Shown: positions 7,026-16,900, numbered from the stretch's first letter. The stretch is DNA of 32,000 bases from an archaeon (GCA_043797265.1 JAZDPV010000002.1:8203-40202), one strand, 5' to 3'. A program made the numbers and translations. The notes: generated by a model not told the origin, from the sequence alone.

Positions 7026-8384
7026 ATGGTACTAGACAAACTCGGCTCAGCGATAAAAGGCGGAATAAACAAAATATCAAACGCGATATTCGTCGACAAG
7101 AAACTCATAGATGGAATCGTCAAAGAAATCCAAAAAGCCCTAATCGAAGCCGACGTCAACGTCGAACTAGTTTTACAACTATCTCAAAAAATAAAAAAAC
7201 TCGCTTACGACGAAAACATAAAAAACATCGACAAAAAAGAACAACTAATAAAACTAATCCACGACGAAATTCTAAATCTATTAGGCGAAAAATCCGAACT
7301 CAAACTCCAAAAACAAACCTCAATAATATTCCTCGGACTTTACGGCGCCGGAAAAACAACGACAATCGCGAAAGTTGGATTCTATTATGCAAAACGAGGA
7401 CGAAAAGTTGCTTTACTTGGATTAGACACTCAGCGACCAGCCGCGATGGACCAGCTCGAACAAATGGCAAAAAAAGCCAAACTCTCAGTCTTCGTCGACA
7501 AAAAAGAAAAAGACCCAATCAAAATAATTAACAATTTCGAAAAAGACCTCAAAAAATACGACCTCATCTTAATCGACACCGCCGGCCGCGACGGACTGAA
7601 CAAAGAATTAACAAAAGAAATCGAGAAACTAAACAAGAAACTAAAACCAACCTACCGAATTTTAGTAATGCCCGCCGACATCGGGCAAGCCGCGAAAACT
7701 CAAACTCAAGAATTCCAAAAAGCACTTTCCATCGACGGTGTAATAATCACGCGAATGGACGGAACTTCAAAAGCCGGAGGAGCCCTGACCGCTTGCGCCG
7801 AAACCAAAGCCCCAGTTTTCTTCATCGGAGTCGGCGAACAAATCCACGAAATCGAAACCTTCGACCCAGAATCTTTCATCTCAAGAATACTCGGGATGGG
7901 CGACCTCCAAGGCCTACTCGAACACGTCAAATCCGCGACATCCGAAAAACAAATAAAAAAAGCCGAAGCCAGATTAAAAGAAGGCAAATTCACTCTCCGC
8001 GATTTGCAAACTCAATTAGAACAAATGAACAAAATGGGAAGTATGGACAAACTAATCGGCATGATTCCTGGAATGTCGTCAGCAAAACTCCCAAAAGACG
8101 TCCTCGCAAAACAAGAACAAAAAATGTCCCACTGGAAAAACGCAATCTCCTCAATGACCGAACTCGAAATTGAAACCCCCGAAATCCTCGAAAAACAAAC
8201 CTCCCGAATCCAGCGAATCGCAAAAGGTTCCGGCACAACCACAACCGAAATCCGCGAACTCCTAAAACAATACAAACTCCTCAAAGAAATGATGAGCATG
8301 CAATCCGGACTCACCGACGGCAAAATCGACCAAAAGATGATGCAGAAAATGGCGAAAAAATTTAAAGGGAAAATTAAATTATGA
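7026..8384 (+). CDS. srp54: Signal recognition particle protein SRP54
   Basis: GLYGAGKTTT, DTAGR, ITRMDG; Met-rich M-domain. Confidence 0.97.
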   Translation: MVLDKLGSAIKGGINKISNAIFVDKKLIDGIVKEIQKALIEADVNVELVLQLSQKIKKLAYDENIKNIDKKEQLIKLIHDEILNLLGEKSELKLQKQTSIIFLGLYGAGKTTTIAKVGFYYAKRGRKVALLGLDTQRPAAMDQLEQMAKKAKLSVFVDKKEKDPIKIINNFEKDLKKYDLILIDTAGRDGLNKELTKEIEKLNKKLKPTYRILVMPADIGQAAKTQTQEFQKALSIDGVIITRMDGTSKAGGALTACAETKAPVFFIGVGEQIHEIETFDPESFISRILGMGDLQGLLEHVKSATSEKQIKKAEARLKEGKFTLRDLQTQLEQMNKMGSMDKLIGMIPGMSSAKLPKDVLAKQEQKMSHWKNAISSMTELEIETPEILEKQTSRIQRIAKGSGTTTTEIRELLKQYKLLKEMMSMQSGLTDGKIDQKMMQKMAKKFKGKIKL

Positions 8385-8684
8385 TTTTGTCCTGTACCCC
8401 GTTCCATATACCTCACAATAATATTCATCACAAGAATAAGCGCAATGTTCCTTTCGTAAAATTTTAAATCTTACTCCAAAAACACAAGAACATCCTTCCC
8501 TATCTGCCTTTCCTTTTAATAGTTCTATAGCCTTTCTAAACGCAGATTCTTTTCCACCATGATACTCCCCATTCCCTCGACACAAAAGCATTTCCCCCAT
8601 TTCTAACCCGGGAAACAACTCCAATCCACCCGCACCCCTAAAAGATTGATTAGTAACCAAAACCTGCTCCTTCCCTTTTGCCAT
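8379..8684 (-). CDS. Small hypothetical protein, weak resemblance to YbjQ/UPF0145 family
   Basis: 101 aa with ATG start. FRKAIELLKGKADREGCSCVFGVRF and the terminal YGTGY loosely resemble the UPF0145 pattern. Seven Cys. Confidence 0.4.
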   Translation of the reverse strand: MAKGKEQVLVTNQSFRGAGGLELFPGLEMGEMLLCRGNGEYHGGKESAFRKAIELLKGKADREGCSCVFGVRFKILRKEHCAYSCDEYYCEVYGTGYRTKS

Positions 8685-8737
8685 ACATAATTTACAATCC
8701 TAATACTTATAAAAACAACTATACTCCAAAATATATA

Positions 8738-9379
8738 ATGAAACCACAATTAATATCCCAAGGCGCCGAAGCAAAAATATACCTAATTGAAAATCCGCGC
8801 TCATCCTGCGAGAATCCGCGTGCTAAATTATCGTCCAACAAACACACCCTCAAATCCAGAACCCCAAAATCCTACCGCCACCCGCAACTCGACAACCAAA
8901 TCCGAACACGCCGAACAAAATCCGAAGCAAAAATCCTAACCAAAGCATTCTCCATCGGAGCCAACGTCCCAAAAGTTATAACTCAAAACAAATTCGACCT
9001 CGAAATACAATTCATCGACGGAGACCGCCTCTCCGAAACCCTAAACTCTTATCCCGAAAAAAAACAATTCCAAATCATGCAGCAACTCGGAACCCAAGTC
9101 GCCCTCCTCCACGCAAACAACATAATCCACGGCGACCTCACAACTTCAAACACAATCCTCTCAAGTAACCAAGTTTACCTAATCGACTTCGGTTTAAGCT
9201 TCATCTCAACAAAAACCGAAAACAAGGCCGTCGACATCCACCTGCTCAAACAAGCCCTCGAAGCAAAACATTTCCAAAACCACGAATCTCTTTTTAAAAA
9301 TTTCCTAAAAACCTACCGCAACAAAGAAATCATCGAACACCTAAAAACCGTCGAAAAACGCGGCCGCTACAAACATTAA
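8738..9379 (+). CDS. bud32: Bud32/PRPK-type KEOPS kinase
   Basis: GAEAKIY, HGDLTTSN, IDFGLS. Start moved from the track's TTG (8678) to the ATG at 8738, which has a TATA-like acttataaaaa about 30 nt upstream. Confidence 0.85.
   Translation: MKPQLISQGAEAKIYLIENPRSSCENPRAKLSSNKHTLKSRTPKSYRHPQLDNQIRTRRTKSEAKILTKAFSIGANVPKVITQNKFDLEIQFIDGDRLSETLNSYPEKKQFQIMQQLGTQVALLHANNIIHGDLTTSNTILSSNQVYLIDFGLSFISTKTENKAVDIHLLKQALEAKHFQNHESLFKNFLKTYRNKEIIEHLKTVEKRGRYKH
8792..8826. repeat. Triple-decamer repeat element inside the bud32 coding sequence, in frame
   Basis: aatccgcgctcatcctgcgagaatccgcgtgctaa encodes NPRSSCENPRAKL, in the loop between the GAEA..IY strand and the conserved YRHPxLD segment. Confidence 0.65.
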
Positions 9380-9406
9380 CCTTTAATTAATCTTCGATTA
9401 ATTTAT

Positions 9407-9425
9407 GCTCTTCTTATAGAAGAGC
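9407..9425 (+). terminator. Hairpin GCTCTTCT-TAT-AGAAGAGC downstream of bud32, preceded by AATTAATC-TTC-GATTAATT at 9385-9403
   Basis: Perfect 8-bp stems read directly. A terminator role is only inferred. Confidence 0.3.
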
Positions 9426-9456
9426 TTAAAAATTCCCAAACTCTATCTAAGCTACT

Positions 9457-9529
9457 AGCCTCGTAGTCTAGTGGTCAAGGATGCAGGGTTTTGGTCCCTG
9501 TGACCCAGGTTCGAATCCTGGCGAGGCTA
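9457..9529 (+). tRNA. tRNA-Gln (anticodon UUG), 73 nt
   Basis: AGCCTCG/CGAGGCT acceptor, CAGGG-TTTTGGT-CCCTG anticodon arm, CCAGG-TTCGAAT-CCTGG T arm. Confidence 0.9.
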
Positions 9530-9647
9530 TATGTTATTGAGCAAAGCGAAATAATATTATTCTATCCAGGATGAGAACCGATGGTTCGACGAGCAATTCG
9601 CTTTTACGAATTATTTCACTATCTTGAGTAAATGCAAATTGCGAGCA

Positions 9648-9661
9648 CTGGCGAGGCTATA
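9648..9661 (+). repeat. Second copy of the tRNA-Gln 3' end (ctggcgaggctata)
   Basis: 14/14 identity with 9518-9531, offset 130 nt. Confidence 0.85.
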
Positions 9662-9697
9662 CCTTAACTTTAAAAACCACTATTTATACAAACTATC

Positions 9698-10051
9698 ATG
9701 GAACAACTAACAAAACCCGCCTGGGTAAAAATGCAAGAACCCGAACTAAAAAAAATAATCTTAGAACTCTCAGAAAAAAACTCACCCTCCCAAATCGGCT
9801 TCATCCTCCGCGACCAATACGGAATACCGACGACAAAAATCTTCGGCAAAAAACTAAAAACCTATCTGGAAGAATTAAACATCAATAGAAACGAAGACCT
9901 CGAAAACGCCGAAAAAAAAGTCGACACGCTAAAACAACATGTGGGAAAAAACCTCACAGACAAAAAAGCAAAACACAAACTTCAACACGCACAGTCCCGA
10001 CTTAATATCACAAAAAAATATTTCAAAATTTCAACAAGAGACAAAAAATAA
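9698..10051 (+). CDS. rps15: Ribosomal protein uS15 (S15P/S13e)
   Basis: PSQIGFILRDQYGIPT and KKAKHKLQHAQSRL...KYF match the archaeal S15 pattern. Confidence 0.9.
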   Translation: MEQLTKPAWVKMQEPELKKIILELSEKNSPSQIGFILRDQYGIPTTKIFGKKLKTYLEELNINRNEDLENAEKKVDTLKQHVGKNLTDKKAKHKLQHAQSRLNITKKYFKISTRDKK

Positions 10052-10088
10052 TCCAAATCTTTTTAAGCAGACACAAACTGATTATCTA

Positions 10089-11438
10089 ATGTTAAAAGAG
10101 GTCAAAAAATTTACAGAAGAATTTCTAAAACTATCAGAAAACAAACCAATCAGAATCATAAGCCACTACGACACCGACGGCATCACGTCCGCCGCAATTC
10201 TCATAAAAACCCTCAAGCGCCTCGACAAAAAATTCACAATAAAAATAGTCAAAGGCCTCGAAGAAGAAACCATCAAGCAAGAACTTGCAAAACAGCCAGG
10301 GGAACTAATAATTTTCTCCGACCTCGCCTCCAGCAACCTTGACCATTTCCAAAACCTCAAAGAACCAATTTTTATAATCGACCACCACGAAATCAACGAA
10401 AAAAAACTAAACAACAAAATAAAAATCATAAATCCGCACCTCACAGAAAACCAGAAAGACAACGAATGCACCGGCGCCGGGCTATGTTACCTCTTCTCAA
10501 AAACTATTTCCCCAAACAATCAAGACCTTTCCAAACTCGCAATAATCGGGATGATAGGCGACCGCCACGAATCAAACCTTTCAAAAATAAACCAGCAAAT
10601 AATAAACGACACCCACGACCTAACCATCAAAAAAGGAATTGTTTTATACCCGGCAACAAGACCGCTACGACGAGCATTAGAATGGTCCACCTCTCCATAC
10701 ATCCCGGGAGTAACTGGCAACGGACCGGGCGCCATAGAACTACTGAGAGAAACCGGAATCTCGTACGAAAAAAGTCTCCTCGAACTCAGCGACAACGAAA
10801 TGTCAAAACTAATAACAGCAGTAATGGTCCGACGAGCCCGCCACAACAAAATCAACGACATCCTCGGCAACCTCTACATCCTGAAATTCTTCAACACAAA
10901 AGAGGACGTCCGGGAAATATCCGTCCTAATCAACGCCTGCTCCCGGCTCGGATACAGCGACATCGCAATTTCATACTGCCTCGAAAACGAAAAGGCAAAA
11001 TCCCGCGCGCTGGACATCTACACTGAATACAAACAAGAACTCGTCTCTGGATTAAGAGTCGCAGAAAAAATGGAAAAAATAAAAGGCAAAGGCTTCGTAA
11101 TTCTAAACGCAAAAGACCAAATCAAAGACGCTATCGTCGGGACAATCTGTTCAATGCTATCTTCCTCCCCAGCATACACCGAAGGAACAATCCTCATCGG
11201 AATGGCATACAACGAAGATAAAATAAAAGTTTCTGCAAGAATAGTCGGGCGCGAAGGCCGAAATCTAAAAGAAGTCCTAGAAAAAACATTAGCAATATTC
11301 AAAAATAAACATCCAAAATCAATCACAGAAGTCGGCGGCCATCACTTCGCCGCGGGCTGCCTAATCGAAAAAGACAAAGAAGATTACTTCATCGAAACAC
11401 TAAAAAAAGAACTCGAAATCGAAATAGTAAAAATCTAA
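10089..11438 (+). CDS. DHH/DHHA1 phosphoesterase, archaeal RecJ/Cdc45-like (GAN-type)
   Basis: HYDTDGITS, IIDHH, GDRH, GGHHFAAG. Start moved to the ATG at 10089, because the track ORF from 9939 overlaps rps15. Confidence 0.8.
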   Translation: MLKEVKKFTEEFLKLSENKPIRIISHYDTDGITSAAILIKTLKRLDKKFTIKIVKGLEEETIKQELAKQPGELIIFSDLASSNLDHFQNLKEPIFIIDHHEINEKKLNNKIKIINPHLTENQKDNECTGAGLCYLFSKTISPNNQDLSKLAIIGMIGDRHESNLSKINQQIINDTHDLTIKKGIVLYPATRPLRRALEWSTSPYIPGVTGNGPGAIELLRETGISYEKSLLELSDNEMSKLITAVMVRRARHNKINDILGNLYILKFFNTKEDVREISVLINACSRLGYSDIAISYCLENEKAKSRALDIYTEYKQELVSGLRVAEKMEKIKGKGFVILNAKDQIKDAIVGTICSMLSSSPAYTEGTILIGMAYNEDKIKVSARIVGREGRNLKEVLEKTLAIFKNKHPKSITEVGGHHFAAGCLIEKDKEDYFIETLKKELEIEIVKI

Positions 11439-11475
11439 TCAAAAACCTTAAAAACCAAATTCCTCATCCAAACTC

Positions 11476-11646
11476 ATGAAAACAAAAGGAAAATTCATTC
11501 GAGTAAATTGCTCCAAATGCAAAGCATCACAAATAATATTCGGAAAAGCGTCGACAAAAGTCAGATGCCTCGAATGCAACACAATTCTCGCACTCCCATC
11601 CAGCGGCAAAGCAAAAATACGTTCAAGAGTAGAAGAAGTTCTATGA
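11476..11646 (+). CDS. rps27e: Ribosomal protein eS27 (S27e), 56 aa
   Basis: Hand translation MKTKGKFIRVNCSKCKASQIIFGKASTKVRCLECNTILALPSSGKAKIRSRVEEVL; CxxC...CxxC zinc ribbon; below the track cutoff. Confidence 0.85.
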   Translation: MKTKGKFIRVNCSKCKASQIIFGKASTKVRCLECNTILALPSSGKAKIRSRVEEVL

Positions 11647-11716
11647 GCCCGCCCAAGCCAAACTTAATAAAATATGCGAGAGTGAAATTTAAATAAACGA
11701 AATTACTAAAATCAAA

Positions 11717-12422
11717 ATGGAAGAAGGCGACTTGGTATTATGCAAGGTTGAACAAGTAACAAATACAATTACATCCGTGAAAACGCCAGACGGCCACGAA
11801 GGAACAATAATCTCGTCGGAAATCGCCCCCGGTCGAATCAAACTAATGCGCCAGTACGTCGTCCCGAATAAACAAATCGTCTGCAAAATTCTAAAAATAG
11901 AAGGCAACCGAATCCACCTATCCCTAAGACGAGTAACCTCAAAAGAAAAAAAAGAAGTAATGCAAAAATACAAACAAGCCCAGGCAATCAACGTCGCATT
12001 CAAACAAATCCTCGGCGAGAAAGAAGAACAGACAAAAGAAAAAATTCTCAAAGACTTCAAAGACCTCTCCGAATTCATCAACAAAATCAAAGAAGACGAA
12101 AAAATATTATCAAAATACATCCCAAAAGAAAAACAAGAAGCAATCAAAAAAGTTTCAGAAAAAAAAAAGAAAAAACATAGAATTAAAACAAAACATCAAA
12201 ATCAAATGCCCAGAAGAAGATGGGGTAAAAAGAATAAAAAAAATCTTCGACCTCGACGACAAAAACATTTCAATCACTTACATCTCGGCCGGAAATTTCA
12301 AATTAAAATTAACAATCGAAGATTTTAAACAAGGCAAAAAAAAAATAACAGAAATTATAGAAGAATTAGAAAAACGCGCAAAAGAAAACAACTGCGAATT
12401 TTTCGCCACCGAAGAAAAATGA
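11717..12422 (+). CDS. aIF2-alpha, reading frame broken by a +1 shift in an A10 run (12159-12168)
   Basis: S1 domain at the N-terminus (GDLVLCKVEQV...LSLRRV). After the A-run the track frame turns to K/R/N junk. The +1 frame reads IELKQNIKIKCPEEDGVKRIKKIF...ISITYISAGNFKLKLT...FFATEEK, typical of the aIF2-alpha C-domain, and ends at 12422 overlapping nop10. Confidence 0.75.
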
Positions 12423-12565
12423 CCACGCTAAAAAAATGCCCCGCCTGCAACAAATATACATTAAAAGAAAAATGTCCGAACTGCAACAAAGAAACAAAAC
12501 AAGCAAGTTATAAATTTATAAAAATCAAAAACGCCCCGCCACGCTCAGTCCCATTTAAAAAATAA
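12419..12565 (+). CDS. nop10: H/ACA RNP protein Nop10, 48 aa
   Basis: Hand translation MTTLKKCPACNKYTLKEKCPNCNKETKQASYKFIKIKNAPPRSVPFKK. Zinc ribbon; the rps27e-aIF2alpha-nop10 order is conserved in archaea. Confidence 0.8.
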   Translation: MTTLKKCPACNKYTLKEKCPNCNKETKQASYKFIKIKNAPPRSVPFKK

Positions 12566-12584
12566 TCACACCTCACCGACGACA

Positions 12585-12777
12585 TTCTTCACAATCTCCA
12601 TAAAATTCGCAGCGACCGAAGGGCGACCGAATTTTTCGCGTGGCTTTGCCACAAGACTAATTAAAAATTTCTTTCTTCATAATCTCCATAAAATTCGCAG
12701 CGACCGAAGGGCGACCGAATTTTTCGCGTGGCTTTGCCACAAAACTAATTAAAAATTTCTTTCTTCACAATCTCCAT
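12585..12777. repeat. 88-bp tandem repeat, 2.2 copies; the last partial copy is the 3' end of udg
   Basis: Unit ttcttcacaatctccataaaattcgcagcgaccgaagggcgaccgaatttttcgcgtggctttgccacaagactaattaaaaatttct starts at 12585, 12673 and 12761. The two full copies differ at 2 positions. Confidence 0.85.
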
Positions 12778-13341
12778 ATCTTTCTCCCACGCACCAATCA
12801 ACGCCCTTTTGTAAATAATCGCCGCCGGATGAAACAGCGGAATTAACTTTACTTTCAATCCGTCAATCTCAATATCTCTAACCCCCCCATGAACCTGCGT
12901 AATCCCCAACTGCTCGTTCATCTTGTCAACATCGCCCCCAGCCAAAAAAAATTTCGTCGCATAATTCCCCAACGAACAAACAACCTTCGGCTTCATCTCC
13001 CGAATCTGCTTCAACAACCACGGCGTATGCGCCCTAATCTCATCTGGCAACGGGTCCCGATTCTCCGGCGGCCGACATTTCAAAATATTCGCAACATAAA
13101 CATCATCCAAACTCAACCCAACATTCGCCAGCAACTTATCCAAATTTTTCCCCGCCGCCCCGCAAAAAGGAATCCCCTGCTCATCCTCGCTCCGCCCCGG
13201 CGCCTCACCCACAAACAAAATCTTCGCATTCAAATTCCCTTTCCCGACGACAATATTCGCGCAGTTCCGAAACGGCTCCGTCTTCTTCACCAGCGCCGCC
13301 TCATAGAAAAAAAACTCCGACGAATTCTTATTTGATTCCAT
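12745..13341 (-). CDS. udg: Uracil-DNA glycosylase, family 4
   Basis: GEAPGRSEDEQGIPFCGAAG, CRPPENR and HPAA motifs. Confidence 0.9.
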   Translation of the reverse strand: MESNKNSSEFFFYEAALVKKTEPFRNCANIVVGKGNLNAKILFVGEAPGRSEDEQGIPFCGAAGKNLDKLLANVGLSLDDVYVANILKCRPPENRDPLPDEIRAHTPWLLKQIREMKPKVVCSLGNYATKFFLAGGDVDKMNEQLGITQVHGGVRDIEIDGLKVKLIPLFHPAAIIYKRALIGAWEKDMEIVKKEIFN

Positions 13342-13374
13342 AAAGAAAATAACTTAATATTATTAATAAATTTA

Positions 13375-13446
13375 CGCCCCCACGAAGAATTGAACTCCGA
13401 TTACACCGACCGCAACGATGTGTTCTATCCGTTAAACTATGGGAGC
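13375..13446 (-). tRNA. tRNA-Arg (anticodon GCG), 72 nt
   Basis: GCTCCCA/TGGGGGC acceptor, CATCG-TTGCGGT-CGGTG anticodon arm, CGGAG-TTCAATT-CTTCG T arm. Confidence 0.8.
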
Positions 13447-13533
13447 TTAAATAACCCAACAAAGATAATTTATAAAAATATCTAATCAACTAATCATATC
13501 ACAAAAAACAAAACCGACACGTATCCTAACCGA

Positions 13534-13926
13534 CTATCTCTTCGCTCTAATTTCAATAAACTTATTTCTCTTGCCTTTCAAAACATACCACGCAATCCCA
13601 CCAATAACACCGACGACAACAAGAACAACCGCAACAATATCCCAACCAAGCTTCTCAACCAGCTCCGTAATCTCTTCCGTCTCTTCGGAAACCGTCCCAC
13701 CGCCCAAACCTCCCCCGCCACCAGCACCTCCCACCTCTTCACTAATAGTAGTCTCATTAGCCGTCGCATTAACGGTTCCTCCACCTCCGCCACCGCCTCC
13801 ACTATCAGTCGAAGCAGCAGCGGGTGGCGTCACCACCGCAGTAGGAACCACAACATTATATCCTGCCCCCGCAACTAAACCCATCATCAAAAATCCAACC
13901 AACAAAATACACAATTTCATCTCCAT
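13534..13926 (-). CDS. Small secreted, C-terminally anchored Gly-rich protein, 130 aa
   Basis: Signal peptide MEMKLCILLVGFLMMGLVAGAG, poly-G/acidic linker, and a C-terminal TM helix followed by KGKRNK. Its start lies 1 nt after the giant gene stop. Confidence 0.7.
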   Translation of the reverse strand: MEMKLCILLVGFLMMGLVAGAGYNVVVPTAVVTPPAAASTDSGGGGGGGGTVNATANETTISEEVGGAGGGGGLGGGTVSEETEEITELVEKLGWDIVAVVLVVVGVIGGIAWYVLKGKRNKFIEIRAKR

Positions 13927-13927
13927 C

Positions 13928-16900
13928 TTAAAATCCTAACGACACAGGAATTTTACATGCTGTCGCAGTAGTCCCTGTACAATTTACATAAGCACTAACA
14001 TTCTTGGCATTAGCCCCGGTATCATCCACAAAATTAAACGTATTAGCCGAAGAATAAGCAACCGGCATATTCATCTGAATATAATCCCCGGCACCGCCAA
14101 GATGCATATCATCAATCAAATTATTCCACTTCTTCAAACTCGAATTCATTCCCATCATATCCGTCGTCGCATTACAAATAAACGCACTACCCATATCAAT
14201 CTTCACCGGCTCATAAATATTAATCCCATAAAACCCAATACTTAAACCATCTCCACAATTACTATGCACCGTCATATTCATACTCTTTGTAACCGAAGTA
14301 TTCGTCTTTATCCCAACATCAAATGCGGTAGGCACACCATTAATAGTAAATGTCTCACTAAAATTATAACCAGTCTTATTCAGGGCAGGAATATCGACGG
14401 TATAACCATCCGGCAAATCAAGCTTAAAAATAAATGACTTCGGAACAATACTCGCCTTCGTTGTAAAATTAGCACAGGCAGAAACCCCGCAATTACCCGA
14501 CGGGTCACAAGTTTTAATCTTGTAATAATAAGCCGTCCCATTACTCAACGCATATCCCAAACTCCCACTAACTAAATCAATGGAATGAAATGGCTTAAAA
14601 TTCGCATACTGCTGATAGACCTCACTCCCTACATCCTCCATAGTAATATTCAAAACTTTACAAGTCGAATCACTCAGATAAAACAACACGCTCATATTCG
14701 AAGGTTCATTCGTATCGACCTTCATAAACGCCCCATCCCATAACGTATCAACCTTGCTAAACATTACCGTCGGCGCAACTTTATCAGTATTATTAGCCAC
14801 AAACGAAAATGCGGCCCCACTCGCACACTTAGGAGTAAATGCGCATATAGGATCCGCGCAATCCGCCAATCCATCCTCGTTATCATCAACTCCATTCATG
14901 CACTCCTCAAAAACATTAAACCCAAACTTCTGTATATTCTTGCACTTCGGATCCTTCGTACTCGGATTAGAACAATCAACAAATCCAAAATCAATACTCC
15001 CGGGAGTATAATATCCGGGCCCGACATAATCCGAAGGACTAGTTCTACTATCGCTGGCATCGGCGCTCGCCATATAAATCCTCATATTCGCCGTCTTAAC
15101 ATATTCCGAAAAAGATTCCAAATCCTGAAGCGCCACCGCCACCATCACTCCCCCAATCTCCCCACAACTCATCTTCTTACTTGTCGTGACTAAAGCATTA
15201 GTCGCCGTCCATGTCCCATTACTACACCTCATCAACTGCTTAGTCTCAACAACTCCGGCAGTAGTATTCCTCGCCACATAACTAATCATGAAATCATAAC
15301 CCGAATAATTCGTATCGCCTATAGCATCGCAAGCACCACTATTAACTCCGTCGGTATCTAAATACCAATAAAAACTACCAGAAGCATTTCCGGTTCCAAC
15401 AATCCCCGAACTCACAGTCCCATTCATCTGCATCATTGCCATAACATTATAACCATTACAGACAATAGAACCACTAATATTAAAAATACCCGCACCAAAA
15501 TTAAATCCCTCGGCACTAACTCTCATTCCAGTCCCCATAATATCCACCTCGCCCCCCACTCCGGCTTCTGCACTTGGACCAGACGGTCCAAAACTATTCC
15601 CAGAATCCATTACTAACTGAATAACATCCCCCTCCATCGCTCCAAAATGCTGGAACTCCGCCTTGTCCATACACCACCCACTCGGCTCCGTCGCTGATAA
15701 ATTATTATTAGAATAACTATCATTCTTATACTGACAAGTAACACTACTCAAAGCACATCCAGTTTCATTTCCATTATACTGCCAACATCCAGTCTTCCCG
15801 CCACTTCCCATCCCCATCATCATAAACGTCGACGGCTGACAAGTAGCACTCATATTCTTCCATTGACATAATCCGCCAAAAGTTTCATTTTCACAACCCG
15901 TTTGATTAAAATTTTGATTCATACAAGCAATATCGCACCACCCGCCAGTCATAGAAAAATTATCCGCTCTCCAAGTACAATTTAAATTAGCACCGCAAGA
16001 ACTAGAATTTAATTCCATACAAGCAGACATCGGAGCATAATCACACCATCCACCAGAAGAAACTCCTCCCCAAGTATTATTCTTCCATGCACACCCGGAC
16101 AAACCAGCACAAGCACTCTCGTTTGAAACACTCCAGCAAGCAGCATCATTCATCTTCGTCATATTCATCTCGCACCAAGCATTCGAACCCATTGAACTTG
16201 ACTCGTTCGTACACCCCGCAGTCGCGTTGCAAGTTACCAAATCATCATTAAACTTCCAACAATTAGAACCAGGCATATCGCACCACCCCGTCGGATTCCA
16301 AGTATCATTTATCCACGTACAATTTGAACTCCCAAAAGCAAGGGTAGAATTACAATCTCCCTCCGTCATCTGCGCAAAACAACCTCCCCCAAAAGAACTC
16401 CCTCCACAAAAATTATCAAACCCACAATCAGGGTCAGAACAATCAACTAATAAATCCGAATCATCGTCGACACCATTAAAACAAACTTCCCCCGCGAAAC
16501 CATTAGGTTTGCATAAATTAAATGTCTGGTCCCATGTACAATCTAAAGTCGTAGTATTATCAATACACGAAGCAAAATCATAACACGAAAAACAATCAGT
16601 ATTACAAACCTTCTTCGTCTTATCAACACAATAACCCGCACCAACTCCCGTAGCAGTATCATTCACCCACTGACATCCAACCCCAGCATTCGCGACGCTG
16701 CCAACACAAGCCGCATAAGGAGCATTCATAAAATCACAATCCTGGCACTTAGTATTGCAATCACCCGAACCCGAATATTCCATTTCCGTCGGATAATCAC
16801 ACCATCCCAAGCCATTGAACGCAGAGCTCCCATTTATCCAACTGCAATATCCCAACGCCGAACCAACACAAGCTGCCTCCGCCTCGGTAACATTGGCCCA

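Noticed and set aside
9530-9647. Insert after tRNA-Gln interpreted as a tRNA intron, a C/D-box sRNA or a second tRNA.
   Set aside because: The first copy already gives a complete, well-folding tRNA. I found no bulge-helix-bulge motif, no proper C (RUGAUGA) or D (CUGA) boxes, and no cloverleaf.
9939-10088. Track start of the recJ-like ORF at 9939, overlapping rps15 by 113 nt.
   Set aside because: The first 50 residues are low-complexity read-through of the rps15 3' region in another frame. The ATG at 10089 is preceded by a TATA-like box and begins the conserved DHH domain.
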